A stretch of 35,180 bases of DNA from Nemertoderma westbladi (lineage: Eukaryota; Animalia; Xenacoelomorpha), in contig JAUCBJ010004754.1 in assembly GCA_032718475.1 (NCBI GenBank), positions 1 to 35,180 of the forward strand, written 5' to 3'. The notes below the pieces were generated by a model, which searched no databases, had not been told where the DNA came from, and saw nothing but the letters and a program-made list of their open reading frames with translations. Within the stretch, counting starts at the first letter, position 1; each line of letters starts with the position of its first letter. A program made the translations under genes and the position numbers. Positions 10,929 through 23,143 of this stretch are shown here, piece by piece.

Positions 10929-13377
10929 CATATCAAAGACGTCCAGCTCGATCCCAACGGCATCCCATCCCATCGCGAATGCGCTTCATTCTACAACATC
11001 CTTACACAGTATTCTTCCGTTACCCTGATTACCCTGGCTACAATTGTTCTGCTGGACCATTCCAAGCCGTTGTTGATGTTTCCCCGATATTGCCCCCTCA
11101 ATACATATTCCCCAGTATGCTTGTGATTGTCTTGTAGAACTTCAGGATAGGTTCGACTCTCTCGAGCATCTCAGTGTATTTATCCGACCCAAACTTGCTG
11201 GCATCACCGTCGAATACCTGAACCCCAGTTTCCTTGTGGCTAAACCAAATGGCAGTACCCGATTAGTTACTGCATTCACCGAGATCGCCAAGTATTGCAA
11301 GCCTAACCTGCCCTCCTACCCGATGTAGAGTCTACCATCCAGTCCCTCAATCAGTTTCAGTTCCTCATCAAAGCCGATCTCTCCAGTGCCTACTATCAGA
11401 TCGCTCTCCAACGTGAGTCCATGTGTTTCTGTGGCATAGCCACCCCATTCCGTGGCATTCGCATTTACTGCTGCTGTGCCATGGGTATGCCCAGAAGCGA
11501 AACCACATTAGAAGGACTGGTGCCCCGCGTTCTCGGCGACCTGCTCGTCCAGGGTACAGTAGTAAAACTTGCTGATGATATCTACTGTGGTGGTGATACC
11601 TTTGCCAAGCTCCTCGACAACTTTACACTCCTCCTGCAAGCACACCATGGCGCCGACCTCCGCCTATCAGCAAAGGAAACGGTTATCTGTCCTCAGTCGA
11701 CCACCATTCTCGGTTGGATGTGGTTCAATGGTTCCTTAACTGCTTCCTCCCACATTATGGCAGCGTTGTCCCATTGTCCCACCCCTTCAACCGTTCGCGA
11801 CTTCCATTCCTACTTGGGGTCATACAAAGTCGTCGCCCGTGTTCTCCCACACTGCTCCGCACTTGTGGCCCCACGCAATGCCCCAATGATGGTCTCGGTG
11901 CGGTGTTGTACACCAAACGTGGTAAGGAACTCCTCCTTGCAGGTTCTTCTCCACCAAGTTGAAGTCCAACCAACATACTTGGCTTCTGTGCGAATTAGAA
12001 GCCCTTGCCATAGCCTCGGCTGTCCAGCATTTCCTTTCTTACTTAATTTCTAAACAGTATGTCGAGGCTTACCGGAAGTTAGCCCCCAGCACATAATCTT
12101 CGAGTCCCCATCTATCTACTTTCCTCTCCAGTGCCAGCCAAGCCCGGGTTACTGTGTTCCACATTCAGTGGGCCATGAACCTTCTTGCCGACTTCCAGAC
12201 TTCCTTCTTGCAGAAGGGGCAACATTGCCCCTTCCCCCCTACACTACTGCCAAGTATGTTCATTTGTCTCCTCCACCACTGACGAACCTGTAATACTTCA
12301 TTCTGAATGCTCCCACCCATCGCCGAAATGCCAACAACCTCGCCTCAGTGCCTTGCAACTTCCAACCTCCCTGACCCTCGACTCCTGTATGCTTCTCGTC
12401 CCTCCTGCCTCGCCACCCAACGTGAGTGTCCAGACCTATGTCGCGTTGCTGAACACCTTGCGTCAGGTAGACGTCCGTCCAGCCACGACTCACAACTGAG
12501 GACCACATTCTCCTGCTATTTCCACGCTCTCAATCTCGATTGTGCTCTCGACGAGATTTCCACCCAATGCCATTAGTGCACGGCCCTTTCCACAGCCCCT
12601 CGCTGTATCCTCCCTCAGTCTTCTCTCGACGTGCCACCCATCATTGGTCAATACTTCACCACTGACGTGCTCCGGCGCCACTCCCAACGCATTCTCCTCC
12701 TCCGTGAAACTGACTCTTCATTCACTAATACCACCATCATCCCTGAAGAACAATGTGACACCGTCTGTGACTCCCTGATCATACTAGTCTCTGGGTTACA
12801 TCCCCTCAGTGGTCCTCCAGCCATTATCCGTACCGATCCTGCACCAAGTTTCCAGGCCCTCGTTGGTAATCCTAAACTGAAAGCCCACCACACTCTTCTC
12901 AAAGCTGACTCATGGAAGAATCCAAATAAAAACCCCATCGCTGAACACGCCATTGGCGAACTACACGCTGAGCTACTCAAGCTCCCCCCTACTGGAGGCC
13001 CCTTCTCGCTCACTATCCTCACTATTGCCATCACCCACCCTAACGTGCGACTTCACGCTCCCAGCCTATCGGTGCATGAGATTCTATTCCAGCGCGACCA
13101 GTTCACCAGGGACCAAATCCCCCTGGTCAACACGGAGCTCACATTACTGTCCAACATGAGCGATGTCTCACCAAACACACAACCAATGCTCAGTCCAAGG
13201 TACAATGTCCTACCATGTCCAATGTCCTGCCTGTGTTCACTTCACTCAATGTCGGCGACCTCGTATACTGATGTTCCGACTCTCCCCGGTTCAGCGTTAG
13301 ACCCTATTATATCATCAGTGCTACCGACAGTACCTGGTGTTCCATCAGGAAATTCGTTGGCAACCAGCTCCGCTCTC

Positions 13378-14427
13378 TACTACTAGGATCGGCATGCTGC
13401 ATTGCAGCTGGATTCTTAAGAATGCTGTGCTGGCTTGTCGACAAAATTGTGCCGCCACAACTCCCGATCACCTATGACATTTGCTAGATCATCCGTATCT
13501 TCAAGGCCTTTAAGATGCGTCTCAAGAAAGTCATGGGCTGTCCACTATGCTTATGCACTCCATGAGGCTCACAAGATTATGCACTGACAGGTCCTCACGG
13601 CGAAAGCAATGTCCTGCCAAGCGGAGGCGACTTTGTTCTAGTGTCACGCTTGGGGGAACCAATAAGACACCTCCAATGTTATATAGTGTCTGGTTGGAGA
13701 TGTGTGCATTGTACTTGACACAATGAACCCGGCGTAGCATTCTTGTGAATGTTCCATCCAGAGATTTGGTGTCCTCAGCAGTTAGAGCCCAGCATGGACA
13801 CTCATAGAGGAGTACTGGAACTACTGCTGCTATAAATAATAGGACCTTAAGTTTCCGATGAATTCTATGTGACTTCCAAATCCTGGAAAGCCTATTCAAG
13901 GCTGCCCATGCCTTTCCCTTACGTATTCGAAGGTCCTCACCTGACTTCCGGATCCATGATCCCAGGTAACAGAAGTCGTCCACATGCTCAAGCATACCCT
14001 CCTTTGAGCTTATGCTCATCCGATCAGAGACTTACTGAGGACTTTCAAAGTTAACTGTCAAAATTGTGGTCTTTTTGGAGTTAATAAATAGACCAACACA
14101 AAAAGCAGTATGTTCTAATGAGCTGAGGAGACGGTGATTCTGAGAGTATTCCTAAGTCATCAGCAAATCCTAGATCAGTTAGGTACTTGGCAGGATTTCC
14201 TCGACTTCTGGATCCAGTAGGTAGAGTTACCATCACCCCATCATTATTATGATGATCTAAGGACATAGTAGAACATAGTCAACCACAGTTATGAACAAGA
14301 ATGGTGCAAGTGTGTCTCCCTGGAGGACGCCCCATAACACGTCAAAAGGTTCTGTGCCACCATCAACAGTAGACATAAATGTTGTCGAACCATCGTATAC
14401 TGATCTGATTGCTGCAATAATTTCATC
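13378..14427 (-). mobile_element. 5'-truncated RTE-like LINE, copy 2, more decayed, with 5-bp TSD
   Basis: Closely similar to 8020-9100 with small deletions. Same TACTAGGATCGGCATGCTGCATTGCAGCTG end. TSD CTCTC at 13373-13377 and 14428-14432. Removing it restores the Gypsy frame KFVGNQLRSHVYRV. Confidence 0.92.
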
Positions 14428-14879
14428 CTCTCACGTCTACCGCGTACTCACCAACCTATATCCCAGTCGACATCCCGCCATCTGTCTGTACCCCCTGACC
14501 AGACACCCGAACCTGATGTTGTTGATTCCCTCAACAGGGTCTCGCATCGCCCACAATGGATCCGCAAACCACTACAATATTATGGGTTCCCATAGCGACC
14601 TTCCTGCACGGCTCGCCCCAATTTGATCTGAGTTCGAGTCCTACCATGCTGGTTGCGCTATACTGTGTTCGCCAATATTTATATACTCTCCGTGATCCAC
14701 CCATCATATCTGCGTTGTAATGTGCTGATTATAAACACATATTTTTATAGCCACATTTTATTTAGTTGGCAACCCGCTGTTTACTTGGTGGGATAAATAT
14801 TTCTCCATTTGACGCAACACCGCCGCGGCCGCTATGAGGGAGGTGAATACCGCGGCCGCTCCTAAAGCCGCAGGCCATC

Positions 14880-16900
14880 GCTAACTATATAGGTTAACTT
14901 GGGATTCTGGGGGACTTTTCGATGAAGGAACAGACCAAATTTTTTTATTTTCTCACCAGGGGAGCGGCTCGGAATTCTAAGATATTAGCAACTCTAACAT
15001 TATTAAATCTAACCCTTCGACGGACACGGCGGACAAAAATCCGTCATTTTTTCGACAATTTTAAAATTTTTTTGCAAGGCGCTCTACAGTGGCTCGAAAA
15101 AACCCTAGGTTATTGCTTAGCCGACGCCGGGATACGATAGAAGGGATTAATTAGTGAATTCGTTTTTTTTTTCAAAAAAGATTACCACGCTTTTTTTCCG
15201 AAAATGTCCGTCAAAGTTGAAAAAACGGACAAAATGACTTTGCGGGATCCGCTATAACTCGGCTAATATTAATCGTACGGGGACGAAAGTAACGCGGTTG
15301 GAAAGGGGGAGAGTGGTACTACCTTCGTATCGAATGGGGGTAAGATATTTATTAAAATTTCGGGTGGAAAAAGGGGCTGTAAATTTGTACGTTTTTGTCC
15401 GTCTTTTTTGGAAAACGTATTTCCGAAATGTTTAATTCGACAACGCGGGTAGGAATCCACTAATTCTTTTATGAAACTCGTAGAAGACCATTGGGGCTAC
15501 GTTCCTATCGAATGGGGGTACAAAAAATATGTCGGCAATAGGGGCCAAAAAGGGCCAGAATTTGTAAAGTAGTTTTTATCGAATAATTTTTTATTTTTAG
15601 CTTTAGTTGGTTAAGGTACATTCTATACAGTCAATATCCATACGGGGAATTCAAATATGCTATCGGTTTTGCTCCAAGGATGATATTAAAAAAATGAGGG
15701 CCAAAATTATAATTTCGCGCTTCAAACTTGCTTCGCGGGAAATCGTCTAGCTCGAAAACTACTTAACTTACGGGAGATTTGTTTACACAGACTTATAGTG
15801 CGTTAAATTATCTATCTAACGGCGTTAATCACAGCGCCGGAGGTATTATAAAACTGGAGCGGCAGGCGATCGTGTGAAATATAATATTTATAAAAAGGGA
15901 CGAAAATTTTTTTTTTTTAACAAATCGCTATTCCATTATAATTTAGCGTATTGCGCCAAAAGTACCTGTAAAAAGTATCAAATTAACTCCGCTATCTTTT
16001 ATCTTAACATATATAATTAAAATTACGAATTTTAAGGGTCGAAAAATATCGCGTTATTTTGGCCCTTTTTTTTAATTTTTTTGGGGCCAAAAATAACCCC
16101 TTCTCAAAAGATTAAGAAAAAAATTACGGCAAAGAATATACCAATTTTATTGAATTTGGACCACCAGAACCGAAGTTAGAGCGATTTTAGTGAAAAAATA
16201 AAAATAATTTTTTTTTGCAAAAAAATTAAGAATGGTCAGGTCAATATTGGATTTCGAACCCGCGAACTTAGGTTTCATTAACGTGATTGATAACCACTAG
16301 ACTATGTGACCGGACCAAGAGAATTTGAAATTTTCGAGTGACTATTTTTAAACATAAATAACTTCGGTTCTACAGGGCCGTTTAATCTGAAACTTTTTTC
16401 ATTGGATAGAGGATAGATTGTAGTGTGTGAAATAGGATAAAACTTGGGAAAAGACTTATGTGCACTTAGTGCAAAATGCACTTAAATAGTGAACATTTTT
16501 TCGATATTTCAAACACTGTTATTTCCAGTTCTATTCATCGTAGAATGTTATTTTTTGGATTAAAATGTAGTTTGGAATGATTTCTAACTATAATCGTAAC
16601 ATTTGTTTAACTTTTTATGTCTATAAAGTGACTTAAAAATGTCCATGAATATGGTCCAAAATCGCAAATCCAGATTTATTAAATTGGATTTTTGACACTT
16701 TTAGCGACTGACACTTGATCATACACCATCGTAGATCGGTAGAGGATAAACATAAGTTTGTTAAATAAAGAGCAACCATTACGATCTGCTAAAGTGCACT
16801 TGTACAAATAAGTGTGCAAAAGTGCAAATTTTTTAATAAGGTCAAATTATATAGTATTGGGTTCTTTTCTTTGCAGATACTTTATTTTCATATTAATATG
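14880..16900. mobile_element. Probable non-autonomous DNA-transposon-derived AT-rich sequence, family unassigned
   Basis: Non-coding, with A/T tracts alternating with CpG-rich words and an internal repeat TATCGAATGGGGGTA near 15328 and 15506. Termini not identified. Confidence 0.35.
16239..16306 (-). other. tRNA-derived (SINE-head-like) Pol III A/B box remnant
   Basis: Minus strand reads TAGTCTAGTGG ... GGTTCGAAATCC. No intact cloverleaf seen. Confidence 0.5.
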
Positions 16901-18357
16901 TTGTTTGAACCTTACTGAGCGCATTACGGGATATGCGTACAAATAACCGGCCCTTATGAGGCTTCGATTGGGTAAATTAATAAAACATAAGGTTGTATAG
17001 TATAATATTCTAAAAACCAGTGTGATATTAAATGCACTTTAAATAATAAATAGAAATCAAATAACAATTGGACCACACAATTAAAAACTCGCACAATTTT
17101 GTACTTATTATATTGCTTCAAATTAATTCAACAGTGGATATTTGTGGGAAGGGGGAAGTTACAGTGTGCATTCGGGGGAAGTTTGGTGAACTGCATTTAT
17201 GCAGTGAATCCAAACTTCCCCCTTTGATATATCATATACTTAAGACATGCTAGGGTGACGGGGAAATATTTGTTACTGTCACACTTTGCTTCCATTTATA
17301 CTATCCTTTATTATTACCCCAGTCAGATAAGAGATAATAAATCAGTAAAAACTAAACTAAACTGTCTTTCATGCAAACAAATTTCTAACTAAAGACGGGT
17401 GAATGACCATGACCATGGAAATAATTTTAAATATAATTGTATATCAACTATTTGGGGAGGCTTCCAAGTTAAACCCGAAAACAATTATTTTGTTACATAT
17501 ATAGTAAATAACGTTGTATGTTCTTCTTCCTCTCATAATAAAATATAAATGAAATATCTCAGATAGCTATGCCCTGTAACATTTCACAACCAAAATATTT
17601 AAGTGTGAAAAGTGTAGGCCTACCACACTCCGCCCAAACAACCGCAAACGCATAGCCAACAAATTTAACAAAAGGTTACATACATGTTGGGTTCATGACG
17701 AGATGAGTGAAAATTGATCGCGTAATATAAAGTAAAAAATTAAGAGACGGGCTGGCTCTCCTCCACTTTCTTACCCAATGGATATGTTGTTGTAATAATC
17801 TAATATTGGGGCGGCTTTCTCTCGGTTTCTATTTAGTTCCATCTAGATTGTGTTTAATAGTTTAGTTTTATTTTTCATAGGTTAGTTCGTTAACACGTAC
17901 CGAAGGTCCCGTGTTCAGTCCTCACTTATGCCAGTCACTTTTTGCATGGCCCATACTGTAGGTAGGGTGTTTATTGCTCTCTCTCTCTACCTCTCGCATC
18001 GTGTAGTTAGAGTTAGGGGTATCCCAGTACTAACCTTGGTATAACGCATACTTTTGTTTGTTTATATTAGGAACAAGGAGGGACAACAAGGTGAAACAAG
18101 TTGCGCCAGGCCGTTATGCCGCACTGTGGATTAGGAACCATACAGTAGAGTACTAGGCCTCCGGACCTAGAACTGTAGTAGTTAGGCGGATACCTGTCTG
18201 ACAGTACTGATAATGTGGGATCTGTTGCTGTTACCTATATCATTGGTCTATATTATATTATAATGTATATGTATCGCAATGTACTCACGGTACAGTATCT
18301 TACCTTTCCCATCGTTACCATCGGCCATTCACCAGGCACCATTGCCTCATTCTGGCG

Positions 18358-18486
18358 TTATGTAATTGGAACATTTTAATACTGTAGGCTACCTATGTAC
18401 TTGGAACAATATAAAACCTTGTAATTGGAACATTTTAATATCTTATGTAATTGCAATATTTTAATACCTTATGTAATTGGAACATT
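18358..18486 (+). repeat. Short imperfect repeat TGTAATTGGAACATTTTAATA (4 copies)
   Basis: Copies near 18361, 18420, 18446 and 18472. Confidence 0.8.
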
Positions 18487-18557
18487 CCACCTATTGTTTT
18501 TACACGTGTCGTTCGTAATTCAAAATAATATTTTACTAAAAATTAATATTTAATCTT

Positions 18558-18830
18558 TGTGGGGCGAGCGACGAAAGTAAGCGAGCTTAGCATACAGGTA
18601 CCACTAACTTAATCGGTGTGTCCGTTGTTCTGTTGCTCTGTTGTTCTGTCGTTCTGTCGATCTGTTGTTCTGTCGATCTGTTGTGTGTAATTTTAAACGT
18701 TAATAACTCAGCCAAATGTTAATGAAATTTAACCAAACTTGGTACACATGTAGTCTGGCAAAAGTTTAGAAATTTTCCAAGTTGAATTTCCGTGTGGCCT
18801 TCGAGAAGCTAAGATAATAGCAATTAATTA
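18558..18830 (+). mobile_element. Helentron/DINE-1-like (HINE) non-autonomous element end
   Basis: Terminal GC motif, then a TCTGT-type microsatellite (18620-18685), then AATAACTCAGCCAAA...TTTAACCAAACTTGGTACACATG. This layout resembles DINE-1/HINE elements. A similar segment lies at 3875-3965. Confidence 0.5.
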
Positions 18831-19614
18831 GTTAATTAAGTTGATTACGGTAAAAACTGCATTTTCAACCTGCCTGTTAAAGGATATTAATAATTTTCAG
18901 TATAAGATTTAAATAATTATACTTAAAAATTATACAGATGTAATCCACATACCCCATTCTATTATAGTTTTTAATTAGTTCAAGTGATTTGCTTTAATAA
19001 ATGTGTCTTTAATTGATCTAAACGTAATTAAAGCGGCACAATTATTGAGTACAAATTTAATCCTGCCCATTATTGGTCAACATAGTCTCTGCGGGGGTGT
19101 AGAGCTGCTAGCTGGCTGGGAGATGTTGGTGTAGCCTTACCAGAGGGGAATTGTACTGTAATAGGCAGCCAGTAGTATTGCTATAGCAACCCAGACATAA
19201 CTCCAACCATACACTGCCTGTACTTCAATTCCTATTGACTCTATACTATAAATGTTGTATTACTTACTTAATCTCAGGTGACAGAAGATATAATGACATA
19301 AATACTCATGACTGTTGTAGGCTTATATCTGAAGTAGTTTATTCCGCAATATATTTGTCTGGTTATTTTTTAATTGAATTTTTGCAAAGTAGTAAAATTA
19401 ATGTTCTTAAAAATAATATTATTATTTTATATGTAACCTAGGAAATTATCTACATTTTTTCGCTGCAGCTTTAAGAGTGTACATTGATTTAATATTATTT
19501 CAATACCCATATTACTACATCGGCATACGATGCGTTGGCGTTGTATCACACATCTCCACATAGATGTATCAGCAGTTACTCGCACAGTTTCGAAACTTCG
19601 CATAGTTATAACTG

Positions 19615-19943
19615 TATAAAGATCGTCAGTCTTGGTTATTGGCTATTCTTGGTTAAAATATTTTAATGTAAAACAGGACGAGCGACGAGCGCAACGAGGC
19701 ATATAATGAAGACGAGTACTGTGTAGACTATATTCCTATTAACCATACCTGGCTTCGCCTATTGAAGGCGTCAGTAGTTATAAAGATCGACCGTCAGTCT
19801 GCGTTTAGGAAATATGTTTAAATACAAACAGGACGAGCACAACGACGTTTATAATAATGAAGACGAGTACTGCCTACTGCGTTGATTATATTCCTATAAA
19901 CCATACCTGGCTTCGCCTATTGAAGGCATCGGTAGTTATAAAG
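19615..19943 (+). repeat. Diverged direct duplication (about 160-175 bp, 2 copies)
   Basis: AAACAGGACGAGC, ATAATGAAGACGAGTACTG and AACCATACCTGGCTTCGCCTATTGAAGGC each occur twice in the same order. Confidence 0.9.
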
Positions 19944-20576
19944 TACTGGTGGGTGGGAAGGGTGGGAAGGGAGGGGGGGGGGGGGGGGGGGGTGCAGATT
20001 AAAAGGGGTGAACACGTACTGTCCCCCTTTCTTTGATTGATTTCACTTACGGTCCATTTGCGCTGGTGATCACTTTTTTGTTTAGGTCTAATTGCTCCAA
20101 TTGTCTGTGTTATATAGACCGCTAAAGTAGTATTCTTTGAGCACCATCCACTGTTGCCATGATCTGACCAGCAAAGTCAAGGTTCGCCAAGTGTATTGGT
20201 GGTTTTTTCTACTAAGACTACCTGGCTGCTTCTATTTCCCATCTATATGTTGATTGAGAGACAATCGCAGTAATCAAAAAACACAATAATACAGATACAT
20301 ACAATACATATAGTAAGACAATAATCAAAATGAAAGGAGCAAGCGTGTTATCTTGAAAGAAACCCCAGGACACTTCAAGTGGGTCTGTCTGTATTTCAAT
20401 CTACAGTTGAGTCAAATGTTGTAGGTCATTAGGGTCGGGATCCCATCATCGGTTAGAATGATCATACATGAAGTTTGCATCTGTGACCTGCTCTGTGACG
20501 GACGTAAAACGCAAAAGTCGCCAGAGCATGTCATGCGGTTAGTTGGCGATATTGTCTACCAACGCCAGTAGTAGGG

Positions 20577-20866
20577 TCTTGGGCGGCTCTGTGGCACTTG
20601 GACCCCACTGACACCCAATTATCACCCTATGGGTGTCATTGGGTGTCATTGGCGCCAGACTGTCTGGGTGACACCTCCCAATTAGGCTAATTAGACCCTA
20701 ATTGACAGGTGTCATCAATTAATTAGTACAATTAAACCCTAACAGGTGTCATATGACTCCTAATTAGGGTTTAATTGATTATCCTAATTAATCAGACTGA
20801 TTAGCGCCCTGACACACAATGGGCATCAGTGTTGTCCAAGTGTCGCAGAGCCGGCTCAAGAGGGTG
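20577..20866. mobile_element. Fold-back/MITE-like element with about 40-bp imperfect inverted ends
   Basis: Left GGCTCTGTGGCACTTGGACCCCACTGACACCCA versus reverse complement of right GGCTCTGCGACACTTGGACAACACTGATGCCCA. Interior is rich in TGACACC/GGTGTCA and CCTAATT/AATTAGG. Confidence 0.7.
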
Positions 20867-21214
20867 TCATAAGTGACACCGCAGCTCTTTTATTCATTAT
20901 TACCTATTTATTTATATTTAATTTTAAATTAATTAATTGTACTTTATTTTAGATTTACCAATAATTAGTTTTATATATTGGTTTCTATATAACCTCATGG
21001 ACTTTCATCTCGTTATACTTAGACATAGGGTATACAGCTCCCTTACTGGTAACTAATTACTCCAGACAGCTTTATCGTTGACCTTTGACCTCCAATTAGC
21101 TTTAACCAAGCAACAGCTTATTAATAATAGTTACTTTAATATACTTTAAACTTTAATATACTTTAAATAATACTTTAATAACTAATTACTCTTACCTATA
21201 TCCAACCGTCTGCA

Positions 21215-21855
21215 GTTCCATAGTCTGCCGCTAGAGGGCGTATGATCTGAAAATTAACATCTTCTCTAACTTTGCTATTTTCATTCCGAATGGGTTTAAA
21301 CTCGGTAGGCATCTACTACGGCATAGGCCATATCTTTTGCGGAGCCATAGAGTAGTCTGAAGTTCCCCAGTCTGCCGCTAGAGGGCGTATTATTTAAAAA
21401 TTAACATCTTCTCTAACTTTGTTATTTACAATCCGCAAATCTATGAAGTTATATTGCTTAAGGGTTCTAAGGGGCGAGCCATGAGGCAAGATGTTTGAGG
21501 CTTATTTAGATATATTATTACTTAATTTGACCCCCCAATCGGCATCTACTACGGCATAGGCCATATCTTTTGCGGAGCCATAGAGTAGTCTGAAGTTCTC
21601 CTGTCTGCCGCTAGAGGGCGTATTATCTGAAAATTAACATCTTCTCTAACTTTGTTATTTACAATCCGCAAATCTATGAAGTTATATTGCTTAAGGGTTC
21701 TAAGGGGCGAGCCATGAGGCAAGATGTTTGAGGCTTATTTAGATATATTATTACTTAATTTGACCCCCCAATCGGCATCTACTACGGCATAGGCTATATC
21801 TTTTGCAGAGTCACAGAGTAGTCTGAAGTTCCCCAGTCTGCCGCTAGAGGGCGAA
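21215..21855 (+). repeat. 233-bp tandem repeat (2 full units plus a partial one)
   Basis: CCGCTAGAGGGCG at 21228, 21375, 21608 and 21841. GGCATCTACTACGGCATAGG occurs three times. Confidence 0.93.
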
Positions 21856-21957
21856 ATGTCTCAAAGTGAAAACCATACGGTAGCCATGAATTGGTTACTA
21901 GGCAATAATACTGCATTTTGCAACGTTAGGCCTATTGCTAACCAAATGAAAACTGCC

Positions 21958-22027
21958 CTGGTTCATGCAGGGATCGAACCCATGACATACGGGAGATGTG
22001 AATTCAACGCAACCACTACACCAAGGT
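21958..22027 (-). other. tRNA-derived A/B box remnant
   Basis: Minus strand reads TGGTGTAGTGG ... GGTTCGATCCC. Anticodon arm is not recognisable. Confidence 0.5.
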
Positions 22028-22096
22028 GGAACAGTAACCTTCGAATTTGTTCGTTGACGTTCGAATTTGTAAGACTCTCATTTAAGACCTGACACA

Positions 22097-22563
22097 GACT
22101 ATGCCTCACTGAGGCACTGAGGCATAGGCTATGCCTCACTGAGGCATAGAATATGACTCACTGAGGCACTGAGGCATAGACTATGCCTCACTGAGGCATA
22201 AACTATGCTTCACTGAGGCATAGACTATGCCTCACTGAGGCATAGACTATGCCTCATTGAGGCACTGAGGCATAGACTATGCCTCACTGAGGCATAGACT
22301 ATGACTCACTGAGGCATAGACTATGCCTCACTGAGGCATAGACTATGCCTCACTGAGGCATAGACTATGACTCACTGAGGCATAGACTATGCCTCACTGA
22401 GGCACTGAGGCATAGACTATGACTCACTGAGGCATAGACTATGCCTCACTGAGGCATAGACTATGACTCGCACTGAGGCATAGACTATGACTCGCACTGA
22501 GGCATAGACTATGCCTCACTGAGGCATAGACTATGCCTCACTGAGGCATAGACTATGCCTCAC
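22097..22563 (+). repeat. 22-bp palindromic minisatellite GACTATGCCTCACTGAGGCATA (about 19 units)
   Basis: CTATGCCTCA-C-TGAGGCATAG is a perfect 10-bp inverted pair. Variants add TGAGGCAC (8 bp) or read GACTC/GACTCG. Confidence 0.97.
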
Positions 22564-23006
22564 CATGGACGGGCTTTACCACTGTACTCGCATCTGCTGC
22601 CTCATTGGCTGCTCGATGCCTCAGATTAAGGGTCTAAAGCCTTCAAGCTGATCATTTGCTTAGTTTTCTAATTAGAAGGTCGTGAGTTCGAACCCTAGAA
22701 GAGCATTATTCTTTTTCCTAGCTCTCGGCTAACTCTAGTATACACTAGCTTTGACTCTCCCAGCTATAGTGATAGTATGCAACCTTGGGAGTTAATGCGG
22801 TCTTACGAGTAAAGGCCAAGAGATTAGACTTCAGGTTGCCTCTATTGGTTCATTCTTCTTAACTTTATAAAATAACTCAACCCTTATTTAAAGTTTTAAA
22901 AATTATGACTTAGTCGACCAATTTTCCAAAGTATATTATAAAAACATATAATTTCTTGAATAAATAGACCTAATAGTAATAAATATTGTGGGGTAAATAC
23001 ATTTAT

Positions 23007-23114
23007 AATACTAATATAATTATTATGGATAAATAGTCCTAATACTAATATAATTGTTATGGATAAATAGTCCTAATACTAATATAATTGTTTTGGATAA
23101 ATAGCCCTAATACT
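23007..23114 (+). repeat. 34-bp tandem repeat (3 copies) just downstream of the cargo ORF stop
   Basis: AATACTAATATAATTGTTATGGATAAATAGTCCT at 23007, 23041 and 23075. Confidence 0.93.
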
Positions 23115-23143
23115 ATTATGAAAGGAACTCAAACAAACAAATG

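Larger units (their letters stand above)
6887..14626 (+). mobile_element. Decayed Ty3/Gypsy LTR retrotransposon internal region (gag-PR-RT-RH-IN) with stops, frameshifts and three LINE insertions
   Basis: Gag-like start MAFTGTLKPPKLVPLDQSESINSFEVWR and [33 protein letters not shown]. Protease-like KVVGDTYFDL...FVVDSL at about 9640. RT NPSFLVAKPNGSTRLVT and GIATPFRG...KLADDIYCGG at 11220-11600. RNase H-like ELEALAIA at about 11995. Integrase IRTDPAP...NKNPIAEHAIGEL at 12631-13386. RT-before-IN order is Gypsy-type. No LTR pair found. Confidence 0.9.

Noticed and set aside
14630-14890. 3' LTR of the Gypsy element
   Set aside because: No matching sequence upstream of 6887. The purine run near 14836 and two GCGGCCGC sites are not enough evidence.
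19949-19992. Functional G-quadruplex or poly-G tract (also 4057-4083 and 10203-10217)
   Set aside because: Simple homopolymer expansions of uncertain length with no supporting context.
22097-22563. CRISPR-like palindromic repeat array
   Set aside because: No spacers; variation is only small internal duplications and substitutions.
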